Below, one piece after another: positions 60,744 through 64,000 of a DNA stretch of 64,000 bases. Made by a program: the position numbers and the translations under genes. Origin of the DNA: an uncultured delta proteobacterium (GTDB taxonomy: Bacteria; Myxococcota_A; Polyangia; Polyangiales; Houyiibacteriaceae); assembly GCA_963699755.1 (NCBI GenBank), contig CAVOVB010000002.1, positions 384,001 to 448,000 on the forward strand. Direction: 5' to 3'. Below the pieces are notes generated by a model that was not told the DNA's origin, did not search any database, and saw only the letters and a list, made by a program, of their open reading frames with translations. Every line of letters starts with the position of its first letter. Position 1 is the first letter of the stretch.

Positions 60744-62450
60744 ATGCTGAAACGCTTTCTATCGGAACGCCCTCTGCGCCTGCCGCATCTCAAACCGTAC
60801 GTCCCACGGCCTAGCGATCCGTCGATCTTCTGGTTCAATAGTGAGCGCGACGATGTCGTCTCGGACGTCGTCAACCGGATCTGCGTGACTCATGAGACGG
60901 ACCGCACTCGCTTGGAAATGGCGCTCAACGATGCCGCCTTCCATGAAATCAGGCGGCTCGAGAAACAGCGCGATGACGAGGCGCGCGACCGACTAGGATA
61001 TTGGCGCTCGATGATTCGCCGCATCGGCAAGATGGACGATGCCGAACAGCGGCGGGTCTTGCACACGATCGTCACCAACATGGCCCGCGACATCGCCGGC
61101 AACTTCGATCCGAGGGTCTATCGTTTTGCCCGCAAGGCTGCGCCGCGCTTGATCGGTGGCGTCATGGAGCCGCGGCGCCTGACCGAGGGCCTGGCGGCTG
61201 GCTCCGCTGCTTCGCTCGACCGAGTCCTCAGAGTCCAGGGCGACCTGGACCACCTCCGCAATCTGCAAGATCGCGGGACCCTGGTCTTCGTGCCCACGCA
61301 TTCCTCGAACCTCGATTCGATCGTGCTCTCCCAGGCTCTCGAGATCTCCGGCCTGCCACCCGTCATTTACGGCGCAGGCAAGAACCTCTTCACCAACCCG
61401 ATCATCAGCTTTTTCATGCACAACTTGGGTGCCTACCGCGTCGATCGGCGGATCCGGGTGAGCTTATATAAGGACGTATTGAAACTGTACTCGCAGGTGA
61501 TGATCGAGCGGGGTTATCACTCGCTTTTCTTCCCCGGAGGCACACGAAGTCGCTCAGGCATGATCGAGCGCCGGCTCAAGCTGGGTCTGCTCGGCTCGGC
61601 AGTCGAGGCGTTCACCACCAATCGGGTGCGCCGCATCGACCGCCCGGTTTGGTTTGTCCCAACCACCATCAACTACGCGCTGGTTCTGGAGGCGGAAACC
61701 CTCATCCGGGACTGGCTCACCGAGGAAGGGCAAGCCCGTTACATCATCGAGGACGATGAGTTCTCGCGGATCGATCGCTGGTTCGCGTTCTTCCGAAAGA
61801 TGGTGGGGATGCGGGGCAGCTGCATCATTCGCTTTGGTGAGCCCATCGACCCGTTTGGCAATGGAGTCGACGCTCGTGGCGGGTCATTGACACCGACTGG
61901 GCGCTCGATCGATGCGGGCGGCTACGTCGAACGGCGGGGAGTGGCTGTGATCGACCCGGAACGGGACGCGGCCTACACGCGGGAGCTCGGTGAGGTTCTC
62001 GCGCAACGCTACGAAGAGGATACGGTGGTGATGAGCACCCAGGTCGTCGCTCATGTGCTCTTTCGAGATTTCGTACAATCGACCCTCGGAATGGATCTCT
62101 TCGCGCGCTTGCGACTCCGAGGCGAAGTCGGAGTCGACTCCGAGGCGCTTTGCCGCGAGCTCGCCGAAGCGCGCGATCGTCTTCTCGCGCTCGAAGCCCA
62201 AGGTCGGGTCCGCACGAGCGAGGTGGTCAAGGAAGATAGCCCTGCTGAGCTGCTCGACCGCGCGTTGGGCTTCTGGAACGGCTACCACGATTCCACGGCC
62301 GCAAAGCGCGAAGGAAACCGAATCATCATTGGGGACCCGTCGCTACTGCTGTACTACCAGAACCGCCTGGTGCCGTTTGCCGAGGCCATCACCAACCCCG
62401 AACGACTGGACGCGGCTTGCGAAATCGCGAAGCTGGGGGTCGACCGATGA
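60744..62450 (+). CDS. Glycerol-3-phosphate/DHAP acyltransferase (PlsB-like)
   Basis: PTHSSNLD (HxxxxD), GAGKNL, GAYRVDR, FFPGGTRSRSG. Confidence 0.8.
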   Translation: MLKRFLSERPLRLPHLKPYVPRPSDPSIFWFNSERDDVVSDVVNRICVTHETDRTRLEMALNDAAFHEIRRLEKQRDDEARDRLGYWRSMIRRIGKMDDAEQRRVLHTIVTNMARDIAGNFDPRVYRFARKAAPRLIGGVMEPRRLTEGLAAGSAASLDRVLRVQGDLDHLRNLQDRGTLVFVPTHSSNLDSIVLSQALEISGLPPVIYGAGKNLFTNPIISFFMHNLGAYRVDRRIRVSLYKDVLKLYSQVMIERGYHSLFFPGGTRSRSGMIERRLKLGLLGSAVEAFTTNRVRRIDRPVWFVPTTINYALVLEAETLIRDWLTEEGQARYIIEDDEFSRIDRWFAFFRKMVGMRGSCIIRFGEPIDPFGNGVDARGGSLTPTGRSIDAGGYVERRGVAVIDPERDAAYTRELGEVLAQRYEEDTVVMSTQVVAHVLFRDFVQSTLGMDLFARLRLRGEVGVDSEALCRELAEARDRLLALEAQGRVRTSEVVKEDSPAELLDRALGFWNGYHDSTAAKREGNRIIIGDPSLLLYYQNRLVPFAEAITNPERLDAACEIAKLGVDR

Positions 62451-63382
62451 ATCTTCGAATCGGCGTGGTCGGCGCGGGTGGCTTCGGACGGGCCATCGCA
62501 CAGGCGTCCGCGCGGCATGGGCACGAGGTCGTGCTCTGGAGTCGAAAAGATCGCGAGCTACCCGCTCCAATCCGGACGTCGACCGAGATCATCTCGATTC
62601 GGGATTGTGAATTGGTCTTCATGGCTGTACCCGCCCGTCACGCTGTCGGGGCCGCAGAGCGGTTGGGAGAGGTCGTCGACGGACGGCATTCGATGGTTCA
62701 CATCAGTCGGGGGTTGATCGGGCCGGAGCTCAAGACGATCAGCAAAGTGATTCGCGAGAAGACCGTATGCCGGCGTCTAGGTGCCCTAGCAGGGCCATTG
62801 GTGGCAGACGCCTTGGCCGAGGGGCGCCCGAGCGGGGCGATTCTAGGAACCAGATTCCCCGAGGTCACCGAGATGGTTCGCGAGGCATTGGGAGGCTCAG
62901 AGCTTCGCGTCTATGAAACGCCGGACGTGATCGGAGTGGAGCTCGCGAGCGCTACCGTCGGCTTCCTGACCGTCGTCCTCGCCTGTGCCCAAGAGCTGGG
63001 CGTCGGACCGAGCACGCTGGCGGTCCTTGCGACGCGCGGCATGGCCGAAGTGTCCCGCATCGGGCAAACATTGGGAGCCAAGGAGTCCACGTTCATGGGC
63101 CTTGCGGGTCTTGGCGACCTGATCGCGGCCGTGGCAGGAGACGATCGTCCTGAGGTCCGGCTGGGCCGCGCGTTGGCCAGAGGCGCGCAGCTCAGTAGAG
63201 CGGTCGGCGCAGCCGGTGCGTACATCGAAGGCATCGAGGTTGCAGTCCAAATGATGGAGCACGCGAGGCGCCTCGGGCTGGAGACGCCGATTTCGTCTAC
63301 CTTTGCTGCCCTTTCACAGGGCCAGATCAGCTCGGATGATGCTATTCGAGCGCTCATGGAGAGGCGCGTAGGCAAGGAATGA
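62447..63382 (+). CDS. GpsA-like protein with degenerate active site
   Basis: GAGGFG, AGPL, DVIGVEL, TRGMAE, GLAGLGDL; lacks KN and SRN motifs. Confidence 0.78.
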   Translation: MNLRIGVVGAGGFGRAIAQASARHGHEVVLWSRKDRELPAPIRTSTEIISIRDCELVFMAVPARHAVGAAERLGEVVDGRHSMVHISRGLIGPELKTISKVIREKTVCRRLGALAGPLVADALAEGRPSGAILGTRFPEVTEMVREALGGSELRVYETPDVIGVELASATVGFLTVVLACAQELGVGPSTLAVLATRGMAEVSRIGQTLGAKESTFMGLAGLGDLIAAVAGDDRPEVRLGRALARGAQLSRAVGAAGAYIEGIEVAVQMMEHARRLGLETPISSTFAALSQGQISSDDAIRALMERRVGKE

Positions 63383-64000
63383 CCGACAGTCAGAGCTTGG
63401 TGTATTGGAGCTTCCCGACACGCGTAGTGGTCGGGGAGGGAGCGGCTTCACAGTGCGGAAACGAAGCGCATCGACTCGGGGCCACGCGCGTGCTGCTCGT
63501 TTCCGACCGTGGGATCGAGGAGGCAGGCCTGCTCGAGCCGGTCCGCTCGGCTCTCGACGCCGCGGGCCTCCCCCACGCATCTACCCTCGATATTTCCTCC
63601 AACCCGCTCGAAAGCGAAGTACTGGGCGCGGCACGTGTCTACGCTGACTTCAAGGCCAACCTCGTGCTCGGCGTCGGGGGAGGAAGTGTGCTCGATGTCG
63701 GCAAGCTGGTGCGATTGACCGCCACGCACAGCGGGTCGCTCGCAGAGTACGACGATGCGATCGGAGGCAGTGCAAAGATCAGCGGCCCCCTACCTCCGAT
63801 GATCGCGATCCCCACTACGGCGGGGACCGGCAGCGAAGTCGGCCGGAGTGGCGTAGTGACGATTCAGGCCACCAACCGAAAGACGGTGGTCTTCTCACCT
63901 CTACTGCTGCCGGAGGTCGCGATTCTCGATCCGGTGATGACCCAAACCATGCCCCCGCGCATGACGGCAGCAACCGGCATGGACGCACTCACCCACTGCA
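63379..64000 (+). CDS. Iron-containing alcohol dehydrogenase (3'-truncated by window edge)
   Basis: Manual translation MTDSQSLVYWSFPTRVVVGEG..., GVGGGSVLDVGK, AIPTTAGTGSEVG, TGMDALTHC. Confidence 0.9.
   Translation, partial: MTDSQSLVYWSFPTRVVVGEGAASQCGNEAHRLGATRVLLVSDRGIEEAGLLEPVRSALDAAGLPHASTLDISSNPLESEVLGAARVYADFKANLVLGVGGGSVLDVGKLVRLTATHSGSLAEYDDAIGGSAKISGPLPPMIAIPTTAGTGSEVGRSGVVTIQATNRKTVVFSPLLLPEVAILDPVMTQTMPPRMTAATGMDALTHC

Overview
A GC-rich, gene-dense chromosomal window with about 60 CDS. The gene set (Gly/Thr-linker lipoproteins, Cys-rich repeat proteins, a Ser/Thr kinase with a TPR-PEGA partner) suggests a Myxococcota-like organism, which is an inference. I found no rRNA, tRNA, CRISPR array, integrase or transposase. 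Housekeeping blocks are a rearranged tol-pal cluster (pal-tolQ-tolR-tolA-tolB, with cpoB inverted), purB-purC-purS, gpsA, glutamate dehydrogenase, a cyclophilin, an Lhr helicase and several lipid/acyl-CoA catabolic genes. The best candidates for undescribed biology are: (1) an nfeD-nfeD-floA operon extended by an unannotated 51-aa ORF and a membrane-anchored HExxH metallopeptidase-like protein; (2) a membrane pseudokinase coupled to an ECF sigma factor and a Cys/His anti-sigma; (3) a coupled operon of a GlnA-like ligase, a PlsB-like acyltransferase, a catalytically degenerate GpsA paralog and an Fe-ADH; (4) recurrent -10 boxes 6-12 nt before start codons lacking a Shine-Dalgarno sequence, suggesting leaderless or short-leader mRNAs. 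Two frameshifted lipoprotein genes, a tandem lipoprotein pair with patchy 100% identity and an intergenic hexamer-periodic tract are also present. All product calls come from reading motifs by eye, not from database searches.
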